Assembly: GCA_965237415.1 (NCBI GenBank)
Contig: CBDEFM010000002.1
Location: forward strand, 1,728,001-1,792,000
Source of the DNA: Alphaproteobacteria bacterium
Lineage (GTDB): Bacteria; Pseudomonadota; Alphaproteobacteria; UBA828
Length of the DNA stretch: 64,000 bases
Direction of reading: 5' to 3'
Both the position numbers and the translations under genes were made by a program. This document shows, in pieces, positions 31,513-41,022 of the stretch (its first letter is position 1; the number at the start of each line of letters is the position of its first letter). Below the pieces are notes generated by a model. That model was not told the origin of the DNA and made no database searches. It saw only the letters and a list, made by a program, of their open reading frames with translations.

Positions 31513-32526
31513 TCACGAGCCGCCGTCCGCACCGCGGGAGGCGGCGGCCGTGCGGCGCCGGGCGCCGGTGTTGACCAGCCAGAGGCCGACGACCATGCAG
31601 GCAAGAGCCGCCCATACCCAGAGGCCGAGCGTCTCGTCGAAGATCAGCAGCGCCCAGAAGATGCCGGCTGCGACCACCAGATAGTTGAACTGTGCGAAGA
31701 AGACCGCGCCGGCGCGCCGTGTGACCTCCTGGAAACAATAGAAGGTGACGCAGTGGATCGCCGCAGCCCAGGCCATGCCGGCGATACCTTGCCATCCCGC
31801 GTCCGCGAAGAGATAGGGGCCGTCCGCCACCAGCATCACCGGCAGCATGACGGCGGCGGCGGCGAGCAGAATGCCGCAGGCGAGCGCGAGCGATTGCGTC
31901 TGCGGCGGCCTGTAGGCGGCGGCGACAACATTTGAGCCGGCGGCCGCGACCGCGGCCACCAGCGCCACCAGCATCCACACCCAGGCGCCGGCATCGGGCA
32001 GGCCCTGATCGGGCAGCACGATCAGCAGCACGCCGCCCGCGCCGAGAGCCAATCCCGCGAGGCTCAGCGCCTCGAAGCGCTCCAGCCGCATGGCAAAGGA
32101 CATCAGATACGTGAGCCCCGGCACCAGGGTGAGCACAAGGGTGACAACGCCGGCCGGAAGCTCGCGCGCGGCAATGGCGGTCGCCAGCACCGGCAGCATC
32201 ACCGCCAGCAAGGCGAGGCGGAGGTATTGCAGGAGGTGCGCGCGGCTCACCGGCGGCAGCGTGCCGGCGACGGCGCCCACGATCAGCAGCGCGAGGCCGG
32301 CGAAGAGCGCGATCCAGAAGGTATAGGCGAAGACCGGGAAGGAAACGCCGGCGGCGAGCTTGTTGGCCGAGAAGATGCCGCCATACGAAATGCCGCCGAG
32401 GAGCAGCAGCAATGTCGGGACGATGAGCGCGCGCCCGCGCAGGCGCTCCCCGCCGGCCGCGTCAGTTGCCGGGGCGCCGCCGCTGGCCGTTTTCTCTTCT
32501 CGCGGTGCCGCCGGCATCGCCGTCAC
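31513..32526 (-). CDS. DMT/EamA family transporter
   Basis: About 10 hydrophobic helices in two EamA-like repeats. Confidence 0.82.
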   Translation of the reverse strand: MTAMPAAPREEKTASGGAPATDAAGGERLRGRALIVPTLLLLLGGISYGGIFSANKLAAGVSFPVFAYTFWIALFAGLALLIVGAVAGTLPPVSRAHLLQYLRLALLAVMLPVLATAIAARELPAGVVTLVLTLVPGLTYLMSFAMRLERFEALSLAGLALGAGGVLLIVLPDQGLPDAGAWVWMLVALVAAVAAAGSNVVAAAYRPPQTQSLALACGILLAAAAVMLPVMLVADGPYLFADAGWQGIAGMAWAAAIHCVTFYCFQEVTRRAGAVFFAQFNYLVVAAGIFWALLIFDETLGLWVWAALACMVVGLWLVNTGARRRTAAASRGADGGS

Positions 32527-32601
32527 GGTAGCGGCGGGATGTGGGCGAGGTCCAGTGCCGGCGGCGCAATGCCGCCGACGTTCCGCTGCGTCAGCGGGAC
32601 T

Positions 32602-33747
32602 CTACAAACACGCCTCCAGCAGCTTCCGCGTGTTCTCCTTAGTCATGGGCACCGGGTTTCCGCCGGCCGTCGGATCGCCCAGCGCCATGACGGTGAGGTC
32701 GTCCAGGCGGTCTTGCGTCACTCCCATCGCGCCGAGAGTCTTGGGGATGCCCAAGGTCTCGCGCAACTCCAACACCCGGTCGTAGAAGGCCGTGTAGCCG
32801 CCCTTGAGGCCGAGATAGGCGGCGGCATGCGTGAGGCGCTCTTCCACCGCCGGCCGGTTCATGTCGAGCACGTAGGGCATGACGCAGGCGTTCGTCGTGC
32901 CGTGGTGGGTGTCAAACACCGCACCCACCGGGTGGCTCAGAGCATGGATCGCGCCGAGGCCCTTCTGGAATGCCGTGGCCCCCATGGAGGCAGCGGCCAT
33001 CATGTGGGCGCGCGCCTCCAGATCGTTGCCGTCGGCGTAGGCGCGGCAGAGGTTCTCATGCACGAGGCGCATCCCCTCCAGCGCGATGCCCTGCCCCATG
33101 GGGTGATAGAAGGGCGAACAGTAGGCCTCCAGGCAGTGGGCCAGGGCGTCCATCCCCGTGCCTGCCGTGATCGGCTTCGGCATGCCGACGGTGAGCTCGG
33201 GGTCGGCGATCACCACCGTCGGCAGCACCTTGGGGTGGAAGATGATCTTCTTCACATGCGTGGCGGAGTTGGTGATGACGCTGGCGCGGCCGACCTCCGA
33301 CCCGGTGCCGGCGGTGGTGGGGACGGCGACCGTGGGCGCGATGGCGTCCGCATCGGCGCGGGTCCACCAGTCGCCCACGTCCTCGAAGTCCCAGACCGGG
33401 CGGGTCTGGCCGGCCATGAAGGCAACCATCTTGCCGAGGTCGAGCGCCGACCCGCCGCCGAAGGCAACGACGCCGTCATGATCGCCCGCCCGGTAGGCGG
33501 CAACGCCGGCATCGAGGTTCTTCTCGGTGGGATTGGAGTCGACCTCGGCGAAGACGGCGCGGCCGAGCCCGCCCGCCTCCAGGATGTCGAGCGCGGCCTG
33601 CGTCATCGGTAGCTGGGCCAAGCCGCGGTCGGTCACGAGCAGGGGCCGCTGAATGTCGGCGGCGGCGCACGCGACGGGTAGTTCCGCGACGCGGCCCGCA
33701 CCGAAGCGGATGGCGGTGGGATAGGACCAGTTGGCGGTGAGCGTCAT
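32602..33747 (-). CDS. Iron-containing alcohol dehydrogenase
   Basis: GGGSALD, PTTAGTGSE, DALAHCLE, HALSH, HHG. Confidence 0.92.
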   Translation of the reverse strand: MTLTANWSYPTAIRFGAGRVAELPVACAAADIQRPLLVTDRGLAQLPMTQAALDILEAGGLGRAVFAEVDSNPTEKNLDAGVAAYRAGDHDGVVAFGGGSALDLGKMVAFMAGQTRPVWDFEDVGDWWTRADADAIAPTVAVPTTAGTGSEVGRASVITNSATHVKKIIFHPKVLPTVVIADPELTVGMPKPITAGTGMDALAHCLEAYCSPFYHPMGQGIALEGMRLVHENLCRAYADGNDLEARAHMMAAASMGATAFQKGLGAIHALSHPVGAVFDTHHGTTNACVMPYVLDMNRPAVEERLTHAAAYLGLKGGYTAFYDRVLELRETLGIPKTLGAMGVTQDRLDDLTVMALGDPTAGGNPVPMTKENTRKLLEACL

Positions 33748-33887
33748 GGTGCGACCTTCCTGACGTGAAGGGGCTCGGGGCTAGACGTACACGGATCATC
33801 AGGCGTCCGACGAGGAACCTCCATACAGCGCCCGGGCGACGACGGCGAGGGGGAGTATGAGCCTGAGCGGACCCGAGTACGGTCCGC

Positions 33888-34229
33888 CTATTGGCCTATG
33901 GTTATCGGCTGGCGCCTTCTGCCCCAGCGGCCCGGCGGGCCGTCGAAGACCCCGGCGGTCTGTGTGCCGCATGCGGTACAGGCTCCTCGGCCATCGAGCC
34001 GCCAGTCGGAGAGCTTGTACCAGTCGCGGCCGATGGTGCGCGTGCCGCACACGTGGCAGTAGGTCGATTGCCGGCCGAGGTCGTGGACATTGCCGGTATA
34101 GGCGTAGCGCACGCCGTTCCGCAGCGCGACGCGCCGCGCCATCGCCAGCGTGTCTGCCGGGGTGCGCGGCTTGTCGAGCATCCGGTAGTCGGGATGAAAG
34201 GCGCTGAAGTGCATCGGCACGTGCGCGCC
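33888..34229 (-). pseudogene. amrS: C-terminal fragment of an AmmeMemoRadiSam-type radical SAM enzyme
   Basis: VPMHFSAFHPDYRM...YAYTGNVHD...TYCHVCG...CTACG; N-terminal radical SAM CxxxCxxC core absent, replaced by cassette copy D. Confidence 0.75.
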
Positions 34230-34492
34230 CTCTAACCCGCACGTCTCGCCACGGTCGCGGCCTGGCTCCCCGTCCCACCTCGGGCAGAATTCAATCTTGA
34301 GGCGGGATTCGGTGGGATTAAGTGGGATAAGTGGGATTCCGTGAGACAAGGTCGCCCGTGCCTGAGTCGCGCAAGCCCGAGTCGCCCGCGCCTGAAAGGT
34401 CGCGGGCGCGCCAGATAGGGTCGTGCACGCGGAATAGGATCCCGCAAGCACCCCCGTCGCGCTCGCCGCGGCCCGTTCGCTCTTGCGCTGTA

Positions 34493-34508
34493 TGGCACGG
34501 CAATTGCG
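34493..34508 (+). promoter_or_regulatory. Sigma-54 (-24/-12) consensus match
   Basis: TGGCACGGCAATTGCG with GG-N10-GC spacing. Confidence 0.45.
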
Positions 34509-34604
34509 CCGGCGGCGCGCAGACCGCGGCCGCGGTGAGACATCCGGGCCCCACGATGAGCCGGGCGCGCGTGTTCGGTTGCGGCGGATGCGGAGCCCCC
34601 GGCC

Positions 34605-35489
34605 TCACCCCGGTCCGCTCCATTCCGCAGGGCAGAAGGGAGGGTCGGTCGGCCAGAGTCGGCCTTCCGCCTCGCGCCGTCTCAGCTCGGCATCGCGCGC
34701 CCCGTGCGCGTCCCATGCATCGTCTGCTTGCGCGCGTGGACGCGCGACGCGCACCCCACGCGCGTCCGCATCCTGCGCCCCGTCGGCGGTAGGCGGATCG
34801 GGCGCCGGCTTCGGCAGGGTGACGGGAGAGTCCTCGGCAGAGGCCGCGGCCCACCCGGATGCCGGCGGTGGCGGCTCTGTGCGCCCAGGGAAGACGTGCC
34901 CCTCGAGAGCCCGGCGGACGGTCTCGACCCGTTCGGCATGCGTCATACTGGCCGCGCGCGCGGCCGGTCCGGCGTGCGCGGCGGCGGCATCGGCCGCCGC
35001 CTGCTCGCGCTCGATGCGGAGCTTGTCCGCGCTTTCGATACGGTAGAGCGCGAGGGCGAGGCGGGCGAGGTCCTCCGTCGGCACAGGCTCCGTGCGCTGG
35101 CTGAGCTCGGCCATCGTGCGGAGCGCCAGCGTTCGCAGGGTCTCGATCGCGATGAGGGCGCTAAGCCCCTCGGCGCGGGGGTCGCGCGTGCGCTCCCATT
35201 CCTCGGCAAAGCGAACGGTCTCGCGCTGCAGGCAGATCAGGCCGTCCATGCGCTCGGCCCAGCGGCCCTCGGCGGGTCGCGCCCGCGCGCAGCGTCGTGC
35301 GCGCGGGATCAAATCCGAACTCTCGCCGTCGCCCGCGCGGACGCGCGCCACGATCTCGTCCATGGTGGCGCCGCCCTCGATCGCTGCGGCGACGGCGTCC
35401 TGGATTGCGGCCGGCAGCGGCTCGTCCGGCGAGCGCTCGCTCTCGCACTGCGTCGCGCGGATACGCGCGCGGGAAGATGATCGACGCAT
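34605..35489 (-). CDS. DUF3486 / Mu gp27-like protein, diverged paralog of 12918..13697
   Basis: LPAAIQDAVAAAIEGGATMDEI...RAEG...IETLRTLAL...AELS...LARLALALYRIESADKLRIEREQAAA aligns with the copy B protein. Confidence 0.65.
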   Translation of the reverse strand: MRRSSSRARIRATQCESERSPDEPLPAAIQDAVAAAIEGGATMDEIVARVRAGDGESSDLIPRARRCARARPAEGRWAERMDGLICLQRETVRFAEEWERTRDPRAEGLSALIAIETLRTLALRTMAELSQRTEPVPTEDLARLALALYRIESADKLRIEREQAAADAAAAHAGPAARAASMTHAERVETVRRALEGHVFPGRTEPPPPASGWAAASAEDSPVTLPKPAPDPPTADGAQDADARGVRVARPRAQADDAWDAHGARDAELRRREAEGRLWPTDPPFCPAEWSGPG

Positions 35490-35720
35490 GGCGCAAGTCT
35501 GACGCGGACGCTGCGCACCATGCACCGCACCATGGTCCGGAGTCGCCCGCGCCCGAAGGGTCGGGGGCACAGCATAAAGAGTCGCGCGACCCTGAGTCGC
35601 ACGCGCCCGAAGGGTCGCGGGCGCGGAACCAAGGTCGTGCGCGCGGCGAATTAGGGTACGCGCGCGTCACATAATGTCGTGCGCGCGGAACGAGACAGTG
35701 GCAGGAATTCCGAGTTAGGG

Positions 35721-35751
35721 ACGGCTGCCTCGGATCGCTGGAGGCAGCCGT
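35721..35751. other. Intergenic stem-loop
   Basis: ACGGCTGCCTC-N9-GAGGCAGCCGT 11-bp perfect stem just outside cassette D. Confidence 0.5.
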
Positions 35752-36062
35752 CTCCCCTCGCTGGGCCCGCGTACCGGTCGGGGCCCGGACCGTCGAAATT
35801 GCTTACCCTTGGAACGCGCGTTTCTCGGCGACGAAATCGATTGACGTGAAGTCCTGCAACCTGAAGGGGCCTCCCCCACAGGAGCCGAGGTCGTTCACGG
35901 TAGCCTCCCCTCGGCCCGCCCTGATCGTTGCTGTGCCAGGGCGCTGACCACGCGATGCCTGCCTCGCTCCGACGATTATTCTAAGGCCGCATTCTTTGGC
36001 GGCGCCCAACCACGCGGCCGACAGTGCCTCCCTGCGATAACCGCGTCCAATAAGGAATTCTC

Positions 36063-36090
36063 ATAAAGGGCATAAGCGCCCCTTATGCCC
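36063..36090 (-). terminator. Probable intrinsic terminator of the type I secretion genes
   Basis: GGGCATAAG-N5-CTTATGCCC stem followed by TTTAT on the minus strand, about 70 bp after the stop. Confidence 0.55.
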
Positions 36091-36159
36091 GGGCGGCATG
36101 GAATTGGCGTGAGAGACGTGTCGGGAATGGGTGCGCAGTACGCCTGCCGGGTGCCCCGG

Positions 36160-37524
36160 CTAATCCTCGCGCAGGGAGCGGTAGAAGAAGTCCGTCACGG
36201 GCTTGACCAGGAAGCTCATGACCGAGCGCTCCTCGGTGCGGATATGGGCTTCCACCGGCATGCCGGGCGTCAGCACCAGATTGCCGGCCACTCGGTTCGA
36301 GCCGCGCGCGGCCCCGGTCTCTTCCGCGTTTCCCGCCGCCGGGCCGGTGCCGTCAGGCCCGTCCAGCGCAAGCTCGACCTCGTACCAGGAGACTCCGCTC
36401 TCCGCATCGCGTACCGCATCAGGCGAGACCCGCACCACGTGCCCGTCGAATTCCGGCGTCACGCGCGCGGGAAAGGCGGAGAAGCGGAGTTTCGCATCCT
36501 GCCCGGGATAGACCTGATCCACGTTGATCGGATTGAGCCGCGCCGTCACCACCAGCCCGGCATCCTCCGGCACGATCTGCAGGATCGGCTCGCCCGGCCT
36601 CACCACCTCCTGCGGCGCGAGTACCGTGAGCCCGAACACCTCGCCCGAGACCGGCGCCCGCACCTCCAGGCGGCCAAGGCTGCGTTGGACCGAGGCGAGA
36701 CGCTCCTTGACCTCGTTCTCCCGCGCCTGGATATCGCGCGCCTGCTCTTCCGCCTCCTCGATGCGCCGCGCGTCGATCTGGAGAATCTGAATCTTCAGCT
36801 CTGCAATCTTGCCGCGGGCGCGGGCGATGGAGGCGGCGATGGCGCCCGAGCGCCCCTCCAGGTCCGCGGCGGCGCGCTCGATGGCCATCAGCCGGTCGAG
36901 CCGCGTGAGCCCCTTGTCGAACAGCGTCCGTTGCGCCGCGAGTTCGCGGTCGATCAGCACGGCCTGATCCTTCAACGAGGCCGCCTGCGCTTCCAGACCC
37001 GCGATCTCCTCGCGCGCCTGCCCGATCCGCTCGCGAATCTGCGCCACCTCGCCGGCCCGCGCCGCCTCCCGCGCCCGGAACAGCCGCTCCTGGCCGTCGA
37101 GGATCTGTTGCACCTGCGGGTCCGCCGCCGCCATGGTCAGAAGCTCTTCGTCCCAGACGATGGCCTCCGCACTCAGGAACTCCGCCTCCAGCCGGTTTCG
37201 CCAGGCCGCGAGCTCGGCGAACTGCGCCTTGAGGATCGCTTCGTCCGATCGCATTTGCCCGTCGCTGAAGCGCAGCAGCACGTCGCCCCGAGTAACGCGG
37301 TCGCCGTCTCGCACCAGGATTTCGCTCACCGTGCCGCCGTCTATGTGCTCGACAACCTGATTGCCGCTTTCGACCTCCACGAGCCCCGCCGCGATCACCG
37401 CGCCCGAGATGGAGGCGAACATGCTCCAACCGAGGAAGCCGCCGAAAAGGACCGCCACGCCCCCGAACCCAAGCACCAGCGCCCTCCCGGCCGAGGAGCG
37501 CCCGTGGGCCGTTCGCGCCGTCAC
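36160..37524 (-). CDS. HlyD/PrsE-family type I secretion membrane fusion protein
   Basis: N-terminal TM, VEHIDGGTV, coiled coil, RAPVSG, PGMPVE; GTGA overlap with the ATPase stop. Confidence 0.9.
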   Translation of the reverse strand: MTARTAHGRSSAGRALVLGFGGVAVLFGGFLGWSMFASISGAVIAAGLVEVESGNQVVEHIDGGTVSEILVRDGDRVTRGDVLLRFSDGQMRSDEAILKAQFAELAAWRNRLEAEFLSAEAIVWDEELLTMAAADPQVQQILDGQERLFRAREAARAGEVAQIRERIGQAREEIAGLEAQAASLKDQAVLIDRELAAQRTLFDKGLTRLDRLMAIERAAADLEGRSGAIAASIARARGKIAELKIQILQIDARRIEEAEEQARDIQARENEVKERLASVQRSLGRLEVRAPVSGEVFGLTVLAPQEVVRPGEPILQIVPEDAGLVVTARLNPINVDQVYPGQDAKLRFSAFPARVTPEFDGHVVRVSPDAVRDAESGVSWYEVELALDGPDGTGPAAGNAEETGAARGSNRVAGNLVLTPGMPVEAHIRTEERSVMSFLVKPVTDFFYRSLRED

Positions 37525-39353
37525 GGTGCGCTCTCCTGTGCGAGCCGGACGCCGCCGGCGACGATTTGCGCCTCGCGTCTGGGCACCGCAGGCCGGATCG
37601 TCTCGATCTCTTGCTGGGGAAGCGACACGACCTCTTCGTCGCGCGCCTGCCGCGCGCTCCGCTGCACGCCTGCCTGCAAACGACGCACCTGGGCCTCGCG
37701 GCGGCGCGCAGCAGGCACCGGACGCCCGGCCTCCATCACATACACCTGATCGCATTGGGCAAAGGCGCCGTGCCGGTGGGCCACGATCACCGCCGCGCCG
37801 CCGCGTGTCTTGTGCCCCTCCACCGCGCGGGCGAGCGCCATCGTCCCTTCGGCATCCAGGTTGGAGTCGGGCTCGTCCATGATCACCAGCACGGGCGAGC
37901 CGTAGAAGGCGCGGGCCAGCGCGATGCGCTGACGCTGCCCGCCGGAGAGCGCAGCGCCCCCAGCCGAGACCTGAAAGTCGTAGCCGCCGGGGAGTTTCAG
38001 GATCATCTCGTGCGCCCCGGTGCGCTTCGCCGCATCGACGACATCTTCGTCCCGGGCGGTGGGCGACATGCGGGCGATGTTCTCGGCCACGCTGCCCTCG
38101 AACAGCACCACCTCCTGCAGCAGATAGCCGATGTGCTGCCCCAGCGTTTGCCCGTACTGCTCGAGCTCCGCGCCATCGAGCCGCACCGAGCCGCCCGCCG
38201 GCCGCCAGACGCCGGCGAGCGCGCGGGCGAGGGTGGACTTGCCGGAGGCGGAAGGCCCCGCGATGCCCGCCGCCTGGCCGGGCTCGAGGCGGAACGATGC
38301 GCCGCGCACCGCCGGCACCTTCGCGCCGGGAGCCGCGACCGTGAGGCCCTGCGCCTCCAGGATCGCGCGGGGTGTAGGCAACGAAGTGCGCGCCTGCTCC
38401 GGCGGCGTCTGCTCCAGAAGCTCCGCCAGCGAGCGCCGCGCAGCCCGCACACGCTGCAGCTGCGGCCATTGCGCCACCGCCTGATCGATCGGCGCGAGCG
38501 CCCGGCCCAGCAGGATCGAGGCCGCGATCATCACCCCAAAACTCGCTTGGCCGTGGATCGCGAGCCAGGCACCCAGCCCCAGCATCATCGACTGGAGGAA
38601 GAGTCTCAGCGTCTTCGAGGTCACCAAGAAGAACCCGCCCCGATCGGAGACTGCGAGCGAGCGATCGAGCATTTCGTCCCTGAGCTCGCCCGACCGCGCG
38701 ATCACCGCGTCCTGCATGCCGAGCCCGGCCACGGTCTCGCTACCGGCCCGCATCTCCTCGACGAAGTGTGCGGAGCGGTTGTGCGCATCGCCGACCTCCC
38801 GCTGGAGCTTCGCCGTCCGCGCCTGGTTGAGCAGGGCGAGGAGAAGCAGCAGGGCACCAGAGAACACGGCCAGCACGCCCAGCATCCAGTGGAACATGAA
38901 GAGCACGCAGAGGAAGACCGGCGTCCACGGCGCGTCGAAGAACGCGAAGGGGCCTGAGCCGGAGAGGAAGCGCTGGATCGCCTCCAGATCGCGCACGCCG
39001 GTGGCCGGCCGCGCCCGCTCCGCAGGCACGATCGCGCGGATCAGGATCGCCCGCAGGACACGTGAATCGAGCCTCGCCTGGAGCCTGGCGCCGGCGCGGG
39101 CGAGCACCCGGCCGCGCGCGTGATCCAGAATGCCCATCATCAGGAAGAGGAAGGCCACGATGCCGATGAGCGTGACCAGGGTTGCCTCCGAGCGCGACGT
39201 CAGCACCCGGTCGTAGACCTGGAGCATGAAGAGCGGCCCGGTCAGCATCAAGATGTTGACGAAGATGCTGAAGAGGCCGACCGAAACGAAGAGGTGGCGG
39301 CTCTCGGACAGTGCCGCTCGAATCTCCCGATCGCCGTTTCGGCTTTCCGTCAT
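37521..39353 (-). CDS. PrsD/PrtD-family type I secretion ABC permease/ATPase
   Basis: MLQVYDRVL, FFDAPW, GPSASGKST, LSGGQRQRIALARA, MDEP. Confidence 0.92.
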   Translation of the reverse strand: MTESRNGDREIRAALSESRHLFVSVGLFSIFVNILMLTGPLFMLQVYDRVLTSRSEATLVTLIGIVAFLFLMMGILDHARGRVLARAGARLQARLDSRVLRAILIRAIVPAERARPATGVRDLEAIQRFLSGSGPFAFFDAPWTPVFLCVLFMFHWMLGVLAVFSGALLLLLALLNQARTAKLQREVGDAHNRSAHFVEEMRAGSETVAGLGMQDAVIARSGELRDEMLDRSLAVSDRGGFFLVTSKTLRLFLQSMMLGLGAWLAIHGQASFGVMIAASILLGRALAPIDQAVAQWPQLQRVRAARRSLAELLEQTPPEQARTSLPTPRAILEAQGLTVAAPGAKVPAVRGASFRLEPGQAAGIAGPSASGKSTLARALAGVWRPAGGSVRLDGAELEQYGQTLGQHIGYLLQEVVLFEGSVAENIARMSPTARDEDVVDAAKRTGAHEMILKLPGGYDFQVSAGGAALSGGQRQRIALARAFYGSPVLVIMDEPDSNLDAEGTMALARAVEGHKTRGGAAVIVAHRHGAFAQCDQVYVMEAGRPVPAARRREAQVRRLQAGVQRSARQARDEEVVSLPQQEIETIRPAVPRREAQIVAGGVRLAQESAP

Positions 39354-39755
39354 CGCTCCGCTCTCCTACGAAGTCACCATCCGTATCGTCGTTCTCGGCG
39401 CTCCCGACCGATGTCTCTGCGCCGGTTCGCCCGGCTGATCGAGTGCTGTCCTGTTTAGAGTTGGCACCGGCGAGCGCGCCTTCAACGCCGGCTCCCGAAT
39501 TATAAAGTTATGGGTGACCAAATATGCTCTAACGGCAGTCCCAGGCCGGCCCGTTTCCTCAGTCGATGCAGTTCCTTGCCAATGAGGACTGTTGCTTCGC
39601 CTGTGCAAATGACCGCACATGCGGACAATTCGTGGCTGTGTCGCAATCGAGGGACAGACGCGCCTCGCGTCTCGTTGCGGCGGGGCCAGGGCATGAGCAG
39701 AATGGCCCGATCGGGCCGGAACGGGCCATTTCGGGTAGGGAACGGGGAGCCTCTC

Positions 39756-40985
39756 ATGGCGGGTGTAACGATCGATATCCCTGTCGCCGACGGCGGCGGG
39801 TTCAGCGGCTATCTGGCGGTGCCGGAAGAGGGCCAGGGGCCCGGCCTGCTGATCGAGCAGGAGATTTTCGGGGTCAATGCGAGCCTGCGCGCCGTCGCCG
39901 ATCTCCATGCCGAGGAAGGCTATGTCTGCCTCGTGCCCGATCTCTTCTGGCGCATGGAGCCCGGCGTGGACCTCGGCTACGACGAGGACGATTTCGCCAA
40001 GGCCTTCGATTTCTACCAGCGCTTCGACGTGGACCAGGCTCTCGTCGACATCGGGGCGGCGCTCGATGCGCTCAGGACGCGGCCCGAGTGCACCGGCAAG
40101 GCTGCCGCCATGGGCTTCTGCCTCGGCGGCAAGCTCGCCTACCTCACCGCCACACGCCACGATATCGATGCGGCGGTCTCGTTCTATGGCGTGGGGATCG
40201 AGGAGGCGCTCGACGAATCCGGCGGTATCGCCTGCCCCATGCTGATGCACTTCGCCGGCGAAGACTCATTCGTTCCGCAAGACGCCGTGAACGCGATATC
40301 CACCCATTTCGAGGCGCGCCCGGAGGTGCGGATTCACGTCTATCCCGGCGTCGATCACGCCTTCTATAACCACGCGCGGAGCGAGGTTTACCACCGGCCC
40401 TCGGCCATGGTCGCCCATTCGCGCACCATCGCGCTGCTGCGCCGCGCGATCGGCCCTACTTACGACCTGGAATCGCTCTGGGAGCATCACCTGCACCACG
40501 AATTCACGGGGCGCAACACGGCGGCAACTATGGCCACCATGGTGGCCGAGCCCTACGTCAACCACATCCCGACCATGACCGGCGGCACCGGCGCGGACGC
40601 GCTGATCCGCTTCTACGCCGAGCACTTCATCCCGAAGATGCCGAAGGACACGACGCTCACCCCGCTGTCCCGCACCGTGGGCGCCGACCGGGTGGTGGAC
40701 GAGATGATCTTCAGCTTCACCCACAACGAGGAGATCGACTGGATGCTCCCGGGTGTCGCGCCCACGGGCAAGACGGTAAGCGTGCCGTTGGTGGCGATCG
40801 TGGCCTTCCGCGGCAACAAGCTCTATCACGAGCACATATACTGGGATCAGGCCTCAGTGCTCGTCCAAGTCGGCCTGCTGGAGCCGCAAGGGCTGCCGGT
40901 CGCCGGCGCCGAGACCGCGCGCAAGGCCGTAGACGAGACGCTGCCGTCGAACCGCCTGATCCCCGGCTGGTCGGATAACGGTTAA
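39756..40985 (+). CDS. Dienelactone hydrolase fused to a SnoaL-like domain
   Basis: QEIFG, PDLFWR, GFCLGG nucleophile, GVDHAF; C-terminal WEHH...YVNHIPT...EHIYWDQ domain. Confidence 0.88.
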   Translation: MAGVTIDIPVADGGGFSGYLAVPEEGQGPGLLIEQEIFGVNASLRAVADLHAEEGYVCLVPDLFWRMEPGVDLGYDEDDFAKAFDFYQRFDVDQALVDIGAALDALRTRPECTGKAAAMGFCLGGKLAYLTATRHDIDAAVSFYGVGIEEALDESGGIACPMLMHFAGEDSFVPQDAVNAISTHFEARPEVRIHVYPGVDHAFYNHARSEVYHRPSAMVAHSRTIALLRRAIGPTYDLESLWEHHLHHEFTGRNTAATMATMVAEPYVNHIPTMTGGTGADALIRFYAEHFIPKMPKDTTLTPLSRTVGADRVVDEMIFSFTHNEEIDWMLPGVAPTGKTVSVPLVAIVAFRGNKLYHEHIYWDQASVLVQVGLLEPQGLPVAGAETARKAVDETLPSNRLIPGWSDNG

Positions 40986-41022
40986 GGCTGAGGCCAATGG
41001 GGCCGTTGGCGCCTGGAAGCCC

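Larger units (their letters stand above)
34232..35700 (-). repeat. Dispersed cassette copy D (longest; inverted orientation)
   Basis: Dyad 35525-35540, CAGACT 35501-35496, ATG 35489; GGGATT-type array 34300-34340; about 70-bp imperfect direct repeats 34364-34434 and 35579-35646. Confidence 0.85.

Noticed and set aside
33867-33887. CGGACC/GGTCCG short hairpins (also near 3113-3134 and 35775-35792) as a REP family
   Set aside because: Stems are only 5-7 bp and arranged differently at each site; likely chance in GC-rich DNA or simple terminator-like hairpins.
35803-36009. Small minus-strand ORF between cassette D and the secretion genes
   Set aside because: No motif, atypical composition and no independent support.
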